This document shows, piece after piece, positions 27,149 to 39,031 of a DNA stretch of 56,247 nt. How positions within the stretch are numbered: position 1 is the stretch's first letter; each line of letters starts with the position of its first letter. A program made the position numbers and the translations under genes. Origin of the DNA: Anaeramoeba ignava BMAN (taxonomy: Eukaryota; Protista; Anaeramoebae); contig JAPDFW010000082.1 in NCBI GenBank assembly GCA_028826165.1, positions 315,467 through 371,713 on the forward strand, written 5' to 3'. The notes under the pieces are model-generated. The model had not been told where the DNA came from. It did no database searches and worked only from the letters and a program-made list of their open reading frames with translations.

Positions 27149-27277
27149 TTTGTTTTTATAATTTTAAAAAGAGAGAAAAAATGAAAAAAAATGAAAGAAA
27201 GAAATTAAAAAAAAATTTTTTTCATTTTTTCATTTTTTCATTTTTTTCTTTCCTTTATAAAATTTTATAAAATAAAA
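27149..27277. promoter_or_regulatory. Compact bidirectional promoter between ANK-BTB genes A and B
   Basis: 129 bp between divergent ATGs, with AAATGAAAAA copies facing gene A and TTTTCATTTT copies facing gene B. Confidence 0.6.
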
Positions 27278-30200
27278 ATGGGAGATAAAATAACTCAAAT
27301 AGTTGAAGCAATAGATTCAAATAATTTTGAAAATTATAGAAACCTATTAGAATCTCATCACGCAAACATTACATTTTTAAGAGAAAAAGTATTTTTTAAA
27401 AATTAAAATTAAAATCAAAAATAAAATTAAAATCAAAATCAAAATCAAAATAAAAATAAATTTAAATTAGGAACACACATTTCTAACTTATATTTGTGAA
27501 TATAATCCTAAAATTGAATTAATTAAAATTTCTCTTGAAAAAGGAGCAGATCCAAGAGTTCCATCTCATGTTTTATTGATAATTTAAAAACAAGATTAAT
27601 TATTTTTTATTAAATTCATTTCATTTTATTTTTTTTTGAATTAAAAAGGATGTAAAAATTTTGTATAAATTTTCTTTTAATTTAATTCAATAATAATTTA
27701 ATTTTATTTTAGAATGTAACTCCTCTTCATTTATTATTGAAAAGTCGATGTTCTTCTGAAGTTATTAATTTAATTATTAATCATGGAGCAGATAAAATTT
27801 CAGCTGATGTTGTTTATCTATTTTTTTTCTTCTTCTTTGAAAATTTTTCTAAAAAAAAATTCACAAAAAACAAAATAAAACAAATTTATTTAATTTAGAA
27901 TGTATTTAAATTTAAATTTAAAAATATATAATTGTATTTATCTTTTTAAATTAAATTAAATTAAGTATGTAAAAATTTTTATCATAAAAAACATAAATTC
28001 ATTTTTTCATTTTATTTTTTATTTTTATTCTTTCCATAAAAAAAAAAGGATAATACACCTCTTCATTTAGCTTGTGAATATCAATCAGATTATGAAGTAA
28101 TAGAATTATTAATAAAATCAGGAGCAGATGTTAATTCTCAGAATGTATTTTAATTATTTCTATATTTCAATAAATACATTTTTTAATAATTTTTTTAATA
28201 ATTTTTTTAAAGAATGTAAATTTATTATTATTAATTTTACTAAATTAATTTAATTGGTTATAATATTCATTTTTTAATAAATGTAGTTTGTAATTATAAT
28301 TATAATTATAATTGTAATAATAAATTTAATTTTTGATAAATTTTTCTTTTTAGAAAAACACACCACTTCATTTAGCTTGTCAAAAAGGAACAGAAAAAAG
28401 AGTTGTTGAACTTTTAATTAATTCTGGTGCTCAAATATCTTTTAAAAATGTTTGAAAGAATAAATGAATTTAATTTAATTTAATTTAATTATTAATTAAT
28501 AAAATATATTTTATATTATAGAATGTTTGTTTTTAAAAATTTATAACAAAAAAAATAATAAATATAAATATAAATATAAATATAAATATAAATATAAATA
28601 TTCCTAAAAAAAAAGGAAAATACACCATTACATTCAGCATGCACTAAACAAGCAAGTTATGAAATTGTTAAATTACTTATTGAAAAAGGATCAAACATTC
28701 GTCAAACTAATGTAACTTTTTTTTTAATATATTATAATATAATATATTTATTTTTATTTTCTCTTTTTTAATTTAGGCTGTATTTAATTTTAAAATTTAA
28801 TTTTAAAAATATAATTAAATTAAATTAAATTAAGGGTGTAAAAATTTTTATCATAAAAAACATAAATTCATTTTTTCATTTTATTTTTTATTTTTATTCT
28901 TTCCATAAAAAAAAAAGAAAAATACACCTCTTCATTTAGCTTGCCAAAACAAATCAGATTATGAAGTAATAGAATTATTAATAAAATCAGGAGCAAATGT
29001 TAATTCTCAGAATGTATTTTAATTATTTCAATAAATACATTTTTTAATAATTTTATTAATAATTTTTTTAAAGAATGTAAATTTATTATTATTAATTTTA
29101 CTAAATTAATTTAATTAGTTATAATATTCATTTTTTAATAAATTTAGTCTGTAATTATAATTATAATTATAATTGTAATAATAAATTTAATTTTTAATAA
29201 ATTTCTCTTTTTAGAAAGACACACCACTTCATTTAGCTTGTCAAAAAGGAACAGAAAAAAGAGTTATTGAACTTTTAATTAATTCTGGTGCTCAAATATC
29301 TTTTAAAAATGTTTGAACAAATAATTTAATTTAATTTAATTTAATTTAATTTAATTATTAATTAATAAAATATATTTTATATTATAGGATGTTTGTTTTT
29401 AAAAATTTATAACAAAAAAAATAATAAATAATAATTTTAATCAATCATTTTAAATATAGATGGTAATATAAATATAAATATAAAAATAAATATAAAAATA
29501 TAAATATAAATATAAATATAAATATAAAAATAAATATAAACATAAATATAAATATAAATATAAATATAAATATAAATATAAATATAAATATAAATATAAA
29601 TATAAAAATAAATATAAATATAAATATAAATATAAATATAAATATAAATATAAATATAAATATAAATATAAATATAAATATAAATATAAATATAAATATA
29701 AATATAAATATAAATATAAATATAAATATTCCTAAAAAAAAAGGAAAATACACCATTACTTTCAGCATGCACTAAACAAGCAAGTTATGAAATTGTTAAA
29801 TTACTTATTGAAAAAGGATCAAACATTAGTGAAACTGAAGTAATTTTTTTTAAAACATTATATTAAAATATAATTTATTTTTATTCTTTATTTTTTAATT
29901 TAGGTTGTAATTTTAAAAATATATAACTGTATTTATCTTTTTAAATAAATTAAAATAAATTAAATTAGTATGTAAAAATTATCATAAAAAAAGGATAAAT
30001 AAATTTTTCATTTTTCATTTTATTTTTATTCTTTCCATAAAAAAAAAGGATAATACACCTCTTCATTTAGCTTGTAAAAACCAATCAGATTATGAAGTAA
30101 TAGAATTATTAATAAAATCAGGAGCAGATATTAGTTCGCTTGATGTATTCTTATTATTTAATTATATTTCAATAAATAAATTTTATTAATAATTTTTTTA

Positions 30201-33200
30201 AAGAATGTAACATTTATTATTAATTTTACTAAATTAATTTAATTAGTAATATTATTCATTTTTTAATAAATTTAGTATGTAATTTATAATAATAATAATA
30301 ATAATTATTATTATAATAAATTTAATTTTTAATAAATTTTTCTTTTTAGAGAAACACACCACTTCATTTAGCTTGTCAAAAAGGAACAGAAAAAAGAGTT
30401 ATTGAATTTTTAATTAATTCTGGTGCTCAAATATCTTTTAAAACTGTTTGAACAAATAATTTAATTTAATTTAATTTAATTTAATTTAATTATTAATTAA
30501 TAAAATATATTTTATATTATAGAATGTTTGTTTTTAAAAATTTATAACAAAAAAAATAATAAATAATAATTTTAATCAATCATTTTAAATATAGATGGTA
30601 ATATAAATATAAATAAAAATAAAAAATAAATATAAATATAAATATCAATATAAATATAAATATAAAATATAAATAAAAATAAAAATATAAACATCAATAT
30701 AAATATAAATATAAATATAAATATAAATATAAATATAAATATAAATATAAATATAAATACAAATACAAATATAAAATAAATATAAAATAAATATAAATAA
30801 AATATAAATATAAAATATAAATAAAATATAAATATAAATCAAAAATAAAAATAAATATAAATATAATTATAAATATAAATATAAATATAAATAAATATAA
30901 ATATAAATATAAATATAAATATAAATATAAATATAAATATAAATATAAATATAAATATAAATATAAATATAAATATAAATATTAAATATAAATATAAATA
31001 TAAATAAAATATAAATATAAATATAAATATAAAATATAAATATAAATATAAATATAATTATAAATATAAATATAATTATAATTATAAATATAAATATAAA
31101 TATAAATATAAAAATAAATATAAATATAAATATAAATATAAATATAAATATAAAAATAAATATAAATATAAATATAAATATAAATATAAATATAAATATA
31201 AATATAAATATAAATATAAATATAAATATAAATATAAATATAAATATAAATATTCCTAAAAAAAAGAAAAATACACCATTACTTTCAGCATGCACTAAAC
31301 AAGCAAGTTATGAAATTGTTAAATTACTTATTGAAAAAGGATCAAACATTAATGAAACTGAAGTAATTTTTTTTAAAACATTATATTAAAATATAATTTA
31401 TTTTTATTCTTTATTTTTTAATTTAGGTTGTATTTAATTTTAAAAATATATAACTGTATTCATCTATTTAAATAAATTAAAATAAATTAAATTAAGTATG
31501 TAAAAATTATCAGAAAAAAAGATAAATTCATTTTTCATTTTTCATTTTATTTTTATTCTTTCCATAAAAAAAAAGGGAAATACACCTCTTCATTTAGCTT
31601 GTCAAAACAAATCAGATTATGAAGTAATAGAATTATTAATAAAATCAGGAGCAGATGTTAATTCATTAAATGTATTTCTATTTTTATTTCTATAAATAAA
31701 CTTTTTTTAATATTTTTTAATAATTTTTTATATAATTTTTTTAAAGAATGTAAATTTATTATCATTTTAATAAATTAATTTATTTAATAATAATTATAAT
31801 TTTCAATAAATTTAGCCTGTAAATTATATTAATAATAATTGCAATAATAATAAATTTAATTTTTAATAAATTTCTCTTTTTAGAAAAACACACCAGTTGA
31901 ATTAGCATTTCGTTATAATAATGATCATAAGATCTTAAAACTTCTTTTAGATAATGATGGAAAACCTCCTAGTGTATTTATATAATATAATATTTTATTG
32001 CTTTATTTTCTTTATTTCTATTTAATCATCCTGAATAATTAAATAATTAAATAACTAAATAATTAAATATTCAAAATAATTAAATAATTAAATAATTAAA
32101 TAATTAAATAATTAAATAATCAAAATAATCAAAATAATTAAATAATTAAATAATTAAATAATCAAAATAATTAAATATTCAAAAATAATTAAATATTCAA
32201 AATAATTAAATAATTAAATAATCAAAATAATTAAATATTTAAAATAATTAAATAACTAAATAATTAAAATAATCAAAATAATTAAATATTCAAAATAATT
32301 AAATAATTAAATAATCAAAATAATTAAATAACTAAATAATTAAATAATTAAATAATTAAATAATCAAAATAATTAAATAATTAAATAATTAAATAATCAA
32401 AATAATTAAATAATTAAATAATCAAATATTCAAAATAATTAAATAATTAAATAATTAAATAATTAAATAACTAAATAATTAAATATTCAAATATTCAAAA
32501 TAATTAAATAATTAAATAATTAAATAATTAAATAATCAAAATAATTAAATAATTAAATATTCAAAATAATTAAATAACTAAATAATTAAATAATTAAATA
32601 ATTAAATATTCAAAATAATTAAATAACTAAATAATAAATAACTAAATAATTAAATAACTAAATATTCAAAATAATCAAATATTCAAAATAATTAAATAGC
32701 ATATCTCTTCACCAAATAACTCATATTTTTTACGATGCTATAAAAGCTATGTAGATGATTTTGCACAGTTATTAAGCTTAGATTCTTTAATAGATTTTCG
32801 AGTTAATTGCACAGATGGACAGATTCAATTCCACAAATGTATTGTAAAAGCAAGACTTGGCAATTTCTTTGATAATTTAATTGAAGTTTGTGAAAAGAAT
32901 ATTAAAGAAGATTTGCTAATATTTAGAGAATTTATCTATACAGGAAAAATAAATGAAAAAACACATGATATAATTGAGAAAATATCGAAAGAACTTGGAT
33001 TCCCAGAATTTGTAGAAAAAAGTACCAAAAGAAGTTTCTTTGAATCAATTTCTTCTCTTTTAGATGATCCAGATAAAGATTTTGAAGTTATTGTTGGCTC
33101 AGAAAGAATACCAATTCACAAAGTAATACTGGCAGTTAGAAGCCAATTATATTTTGGAATGTTCTTCAGTGTTGTTGATGATTCAAATGTTGTTCATGAT

Positions 33201-33434
33201 TATTCAGGAAAAAGTATTGAAACAATCCGTAATCTATTTAACTTCTTTTACACTGACAATCTTGAAGATTTTAATAAAGAAGAATTTGAGGATGTGATGG
33301 ATTATTTTGGATTGAATGAAGATTCAATGATAAATATTTATCTCAATAGACCTCCTTCTTTAAATTTTTTATTTCCAGAATACACATTTGATGAAGATCA
33401 TACTGGAATTTCATTTGGTGGATTATTTGATTGA
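27278..33434 (+). CDS. Ankyrin-repeat + tandem BTB/POZ protein (gene B), one repeat per exon plus microexons
   Basis: Phase-0 exons 27278-27388, 27471-27569, 27713-27808, 28049-28144, 28354-28449, 28616-28711, 28918-29013, 29215-29310, 29744-29839, 30049-30144, 30350-30445, 31267-31362, 31576-31671, 31884-31973, 32700-33434. xNTPLHLAC...GADVN repeats; BTB motifs [10 protein letters not shown] and [19 protein letters not shown]. Confidence 0.92.
27649..31818 (+). other. 22 candidate 3-nt microexons of gene B
   Basis: AG-NNN-GT starting at 27649 D, 27899 N, 27966 Y, 28213 N, 28287 F, 28522 N, 28777 A, 28835 G, 29074 N, 29148 S, 29388 D, 29460 M, 29904 V, 29969 Y, 30204 N, 30276 Y, 30523 N, 30595 M, 31427 V, 31497 Y, 31747 N, 31816 P. 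Confidence 0.87.
28049..31883 (+). repeat. Tandem duplication of a 3-ankyrin-exon unit (3 full copies plus a partial fourth), including introns and microexons
   Basis: Units start at 28049, 28918, 30049 and 31576 with near-identical exons ([14 protein letters not shown] / KGTEKRV / TKQASYEIV) and introns. Confidence 0.92.
32036..32697. repeat. Intronic (AAATAATT)n minisatellite
   Basis: Fills the last intron of gene B. Confidence 0.85.
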
Positions 33435-33750
33435 TTATTTGATTGATTGATTGATTGATTATTTGATTGATTATTTGATTGATTGATTGATTATTTGATT
33501 GATTGATTGATTATTTGATTGATTGATTGATTATTTGATTGATTATTTGATTGATTGATTGATTATTTGATTGATTGATTGATTGATTATTTGATTGATT
33601 ATTTGATTGATTATTTGATTGATTGATTGATTATTTGATTGATTATTTGATTGATTATTTGATTGATTATTTGATTGATTGATTGATTATTTGATTGATT
33701 GATTGATTGATTATTTGATTGATTATTTGATTGATTGATTGATTGATTAT
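33432..33750. repeat. (GATT)n/(GATTATTT) microsatellite starting at the stop codon of gene B
   Basis: Direct reading; the array is continuous with the terminal GGA TTA TTT GAT TGA. Confidence 0.9.
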
Positions 33751-33954
33751 TTCCAGTTAAATCACCATTTATTCTAGAATTTTATTTTTCATTTCTTTTT
33801 GCTTTTTACTTCCCCAAAAAAAAATAATACAAGCTTTAAATTTAAATTTTTATTTTTATTTTTTGGATTTTATTTGAAAATTTGATTTAAATTTTTTTGA
33901 TTTGAAAGAAAGAAAGAAAAAAAAGAAAGATTTGAAAAAATAGAAAAGTCCAAA

Positions 33955-34723
33955 TTATTTTTGTTTCTTTGATTTAATTTTTTTAGAAGTCTTTAAATCA
34001 TCTTTTGAATAAATTTGTTCTGAAATGTTTCTCAAAAAATAAAATTCAACTAATGAACTTAATAAACTAATTTTTAAACAATAAAATTTTAAAAGATAAT
34101 TTAGAAAATTTTAAATCAATAAAATTAATAAAATTACCAAATTATCAAAGAAATTCTGTGAATTGAAAAAGCAACAATTAAACCATTAAATAAACTGAAA
34201 ATAACTAAATTAAAAAATAAATTATTTAAATATAAATATAAATATAAATATAAATTTTTTTGATAAAGAAAGAAATTGATAAAATACACCAAAACCAATT
34301 TATTTGCCAACCAAATATTTCTAAAGTATTTCCAATTAACTTTTATAAAGTTATGATTAATTAAATTTTTTTTTAAATGAAGAAATTTTTAAAGAGAAAA
34401 AAAAATGAGTAAAATTGAAATATTTTTTAAAAGAAAAAAAAGAAAACAATTTTTTCTACAATTAAAGTTATTATAAAAATAAATGAAGAAAGAACACCAG
34501 CAAGAAGATAAAACGGAATAGATATTCCAACAAGAGAAGAAGCAACTCTTAAAAGAGCAAAAATAGATACCCAAGATATTAAACTAGTTACAATAGATTG
34601 AGTAGGAGATTCTTTTAAAAATTTTTTTTTTTTTAATTTTTGTTTTAAAATTATTTAATTATTAAATTTTTAATAATTTTTAATTCCAAAAATAAAATGT
34701 TTTTATAACAAACTTTGATTCAT
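33955..34723 (-). CDS. KRTCAP2: Keratinocyte-associated protein 2 (KCP2)-like oligosaccharyltransferase subunit
   Basis: Five small exons reconstructed by eye: ...SIFALLRV...LLAGVLSSFIFIITLI|LIGNTLEIFGWQINWF|..IVAFSIHRISLII|.LLSSLVEFYFLRNISEQIY...KSKKQK*. Multi-TM with the IHR motif and a Lys-rich tail typical of KCP2. Confidence 0.7.
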
Positions 34724-34879
34724 TTTTTTTTTTATTTGAAAATTGAAAAATGAAAAATTAAAAATTGAAAAATTTACAAAAATAATTTTTTCATTTTTTT
34801 TTTATTTTCTTTTTTTAAAATTTAAAATTTAAAACAAAAACAAAAACAAAAACAAAAACAAAAACAAAAACAACAAAAT

Positions 34880-37800
34880 ATGGATCTTATTTATTCAATT
34901 CGTGAACAAAATTATGAATCTTTTTATGCTTTACTAAAACAAAAATGGATTGACATAAATGAATATTGTGTTAATTTTTTATTTTTATTTTAAAAAAAAA
35001 TTGTTTAATTTTATAGTTTTTAAAACAAATCAATCTTTTTTTTTTTAGAGAGTAAAATTTATAATAAAAAAAAATAATTTTAAAGACTAAATTGAGAACA
35101 AAATTTTTTCACATTCTAAATAATATTTTTTTCTCTCAAGGGAGTAATTAAATTTAATATTAATTTTAATTCCAATTTTAATTTTAATTTTAATTTTAAT
35201 TTTAATTTTAATTTTAATTTTAATTTTAATTCCAATTTTAATTCCAATTTTAATTTTAATTTTAATTTTAATTCCAATTTTAATATTAATATTAATTTTA
35301 ATTTTAATTTTAATTTTAATTTTAATTTTAATTTTAATTTTAATTTTAATTTTAATTTTAATTTTAATTTTAATTTTAATTTTAATTTTAATTTTAATTT
35401 TTAATTCAATTTTAATTTTAATTTTAATTTTAATTTTAATTTTAATTTTAATTTTAATTTTAATTTTTAATTTTTTTTTTAATTTTAATTTTAATTTTAA
35501 TATTAATTTTAATTTTAATTTTAATATTAATTTTAATTCCAATTTTAATTTTAATTCCAATTTTAATTCCAATTTTAATTTTAATTCCAATTTTAATATT
35601 AATATTAATTTTAATTTTAATTTAAATTTTAATTTTAATTTTAATTTTAATTTTAATTTTAATTCTAATTTTAATTTTAATTTTAATTTTAATTTTAATT
35701 TTAATTCCAATTTTAATTTTAATTTTAATTTTAATTTTAATTTTAATTTTAATTTTAATTTTAATTTTAATATTAATTTTAAATCCAATTCCAATTTTAT
35801 AAATGAATTTTAATTCCAATTTTAAAAATGAATTTTAATTTTAAGAGTTTAACTCCACTTCTTTATGCTTGCCAAATAAATTCAAGTTATGAAACTATCA
35901 AAGCATTACTTGCTTTTAATGCACTTGTTTCTTCAGTAGATGTAAATTACTTTTTAAAATGTTAATAATTTATAAATTTTTGGAATGTAAACTGATTATA
36001 AATATATTTTAGAGAGTAAATTTTTCATATTTGAAAAGAAGAATAAAGGAAATTTATTTGATTAAATTTGATTTTTAGTATGTAAATAAAAATGAATAAG
36101 TTTTTTATTATTAATATTAACTTTTTTTTCTCTTATTTTGGATATAAATAATAATAATAAAAGGGTGATACTCCTTTACATATTGCATGCAAAACATGTA
36201 AAGATCCAAATGTGATAAATTTACTTATTTCTTGTGGATCTGATGTGAATGCTTTAAATGTAAAAATATCAAAATTAAAATCAAATAAAAAAAGAAAGAA
36301 ATAATAAATATTGAAATTATATTCTTTCAAAAAAAAAAGTTTGTAGTTTTCATTTTAGAATTTATTGCAAAAAAAAAGAAAAAAACAATTATTTTAATAA
36401 TATTAATCTTTCTCAATTTAGAATGTAAATACAAATTTAAATATAAATTTAAATTAGAATTAGAATTAAAATTTAATTAAAACAGAACGAGACTCCTCTT
36501 CATTATTCATGCAAATATAATTTGAATTTTTTGAACATTAAACTTCTTCTTGAAGCAAATGCAAATCTTTCTATTGGATCTTTTGTAATATATGAATACA
36601 AAAGAATTTAACCAAATTATCTAATATATAATATATAATATATAATATATAATATATCTTTATATTATTTAGTATGTAATTATTTTCCAAATGATTTATT
36701 AATTAATTTAATTTAATTTAATTTAATTTAATTTATTTAATTAAGTTTGTAATTTTATTGGATCTTTTAAAAACTGAATTGTTTTATTTTAGTAATAAAT
36801 ATTAATAAATATTTAAAAGGGAAATACACCAATTCATTTTGCAGTAAAAAATGGAGCAGGTTTAGAAATTATTTCTTTATTAATGAGATATGGTGCAGAT
36901 CCCCTGAAAAAAAATGTAAAAATTGTTTTGTCTTTCAAATTAAACATTTAATTTTTATAATCTTTTTTTTTTATATATAAATTTAGGAAGTAATTCAAAT
37001 TCAAATTCAAATTCAAATTCAAATTCAAATTCAAATATAGAAATGAAAAAATTTTGTTTTATTGATTTTTCTTTTTCTTCTTTTTGATAAAACAAAAAAC
37101 GGAATAGCTTGTATTTAAATAAACATTTATATTTGAATTGTTTGTTTATATTGAATATATTATCAAAAACAAAGGGAAAAAGTTGTTTAGAAATATGTGA
37201 GGATGAAAAAACCAAATCATTTTTCAATAGTGCCAATTCTTTTGTTGAAGATTATGTAAATTTATTTGTCAGACAGGAAAAATATGATGTAATTTTCACA
37301 ACAAAAGATAACAAGAAAATTGGAGGACATCAAATTTTCATTGAAAATCGGATAGGAAAAGAAGCTTTTAATAAAGCTATTCATGTTTTTAAAGTTTATA
37401 ATGAAGATCAAGTGTTTTCTTATTTAAAAATGATATATGGAGATAATGAAATTGAAGAAGATGAAGTAATGAAAGAAATATCAGAAAAACTTGAAATTGA
37501 TTTGAAAAAAATTCGAGGGAAAAAATTTTTGATTCAAGATATGGCAAATTTATATAGGAATGGAGATGAAAGTTTGAAAGATTTTTCAATTATTCTGAAT
37601 AATAATAATGAATTTATTAAAACTCATATATTTGTATTGATGGCAAGAAGTGATTTATTTCGAGGAATGTTTTTAGCAGTTACAGAAGATAAATCAAATC
37701 AAGTAAGAGATTATAGTGGGAAATCAGATGAAGCTTTAAAAATTTTGGTGGAATTTTTATATACAGATTTTATTCAAGATGATATTTCTGATGTTGTTTA

Positions 37801-37969
37801 TGAAGATCTTCAAGATGCTGTTGAATATTATCAATTAAATCAAAATTCTTCTCTTTATGGTATTCTTGCTTTAAAAAGGATAGAAGGTTTAGAGAAAAAA
37901 AATGAATTATTACCTTTTAAACAAGAAGATTTATTGAAATTGAAAGAAAAAATTGAAATGGAGAATTAA
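34880..37969 (+). CDS. Ankyrin-repeat + tandem BTB/POZ protein (gene C), one repeat per exon plus microexons
   Basis: Phase-0 exons 34880-34969, 35846-35941, 36164-36259, 36486-36584, 36820-36915, 37175-37969; GDTPLHIAC, GNTPIHFAV; BTB motifs GGHQIFIENRI and KTHIFVLMARSDLFRGMF. Confidence 0.9.
35049..37110 (+). other. 10 candidate 3-nt microexons of gene C (two per inter-exon gap)
   Basis: AG-NNN-GT starting at 35049 R, 35141 G, 36013 R, 36079 Y, 36340 F, 36422 N, 36673 Y, 36746 F, 36987 E, 37108 L. These give VD-R-Y-GDTPLH and KKN-E-L-GKSCLE. Confidence 0.87.
35150..35840. repeat. Intronic (TTTTAA)n microsatellite
   Basis: Direct reading. Confidence 0.9.
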
Positions 37970-37999
37970 TACAATTTTTTTTTTAAAGGAAAAAACATT

Positions 38000-38650
38000 T
38001 TAAATGAATTTTGATTGAATTTTGAATGAATTTTAAATGAATTTTAAATGAATTTTAAATGAATTTTAATTAAATTTTGATTGAATTTTAAATGAATTTT
38101 AAATGAATTTTAAATGAATTTTAAATGAATTTTAAATGAATTTTAAATGAATTTTAAATGAATTTTAAATGAATTTTAAATGAATTTTAAATGAATTTTA
38201 AATGAATTTTAATTAAATTTTAAATGAATTTTAATTGAATTTTAATTGAATTTTGACAATAGAATTAAGTTTGATTTGATTAATTGAATTTTGATTAAGA
38301 GATCTTGATTAAATTTTAATTAAATTTTAATTGAATTTTAAATGAATTTTAATTGAATTTTGACAATAGAATTAAGTTTGATTTGATTAATTGAATTTTA
38401 ATTAAGAGATCTTGATTAAATTTTAATTAAATTTTAATTAAATTTTGATTGAATTTTAAATGAATTTTAATTAAGAGATCTTGATTAAATTTTAATTAAA
38501 TTTTAAATGAATTTTAAATGAATTTTAATTGAATTTTAATTAAATCTTGATTAAATTTTAATTAAATTTTAATTAAGTTTTAATTGAATTTTAAATGAAT
38601 TTTGACAATAGAATTAAATTTTATTTGATTAATTGAATTTTAGTTAAGAG
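38000..38650. repeat. Intergenic 11-mer satellite (TGAATTTTAAA)n with higher-order variants
   Basis: Direct reading. Confidence 0.85.
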
Positions 38651-39031
38651 ATCTTTTCTAATTCTTTTTGAAAATAAAAAATAAAGAAATAAATTAAAAA
38701 AAAAGAGGGTTATTTTTTTTAAAGAATATTTTAGGGGATCAATTTTAAATTGTTTATCTTTTGTTTATATTGTTTATTTATTTGAAAATTAAAGAAAAAA
38801 AAAATTATTTTTAATTTAAATACAAAAAAATTTTTTTCATTTTTCTACTTTTCAAAAATTTGACAATTTATTTCTTTCAAATTTTTTTTTTTTTTAATTC
38901 TTTATTCTTTATTATTCTTTGTTATTATTTTTTTTCCTTTTTTATTAAATTAAAAAAAATTTTTTCTTTAATTTTGCAAACAAGAAAAAAACAAAACAAA
39001 ATAAAACAAAAAAAAAAACCGAAAAAATAAA

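Noticed and set aside
27471-31973. CRISPR-like look of regularly spaced repeats with short variable parts
   Set aside because: The repeats are spliceosomal exons encoding ankyrin repeats; there are no cas genes and the context is eukaryotic.
27649-37110. AG...GT units as recursive-splicing (zero-length) sites or chance motifs
   Set aside because: They consistently enclose 3 or 6 nt, encode no stops, and their number matches the residues missing from the ankyrin consensus.
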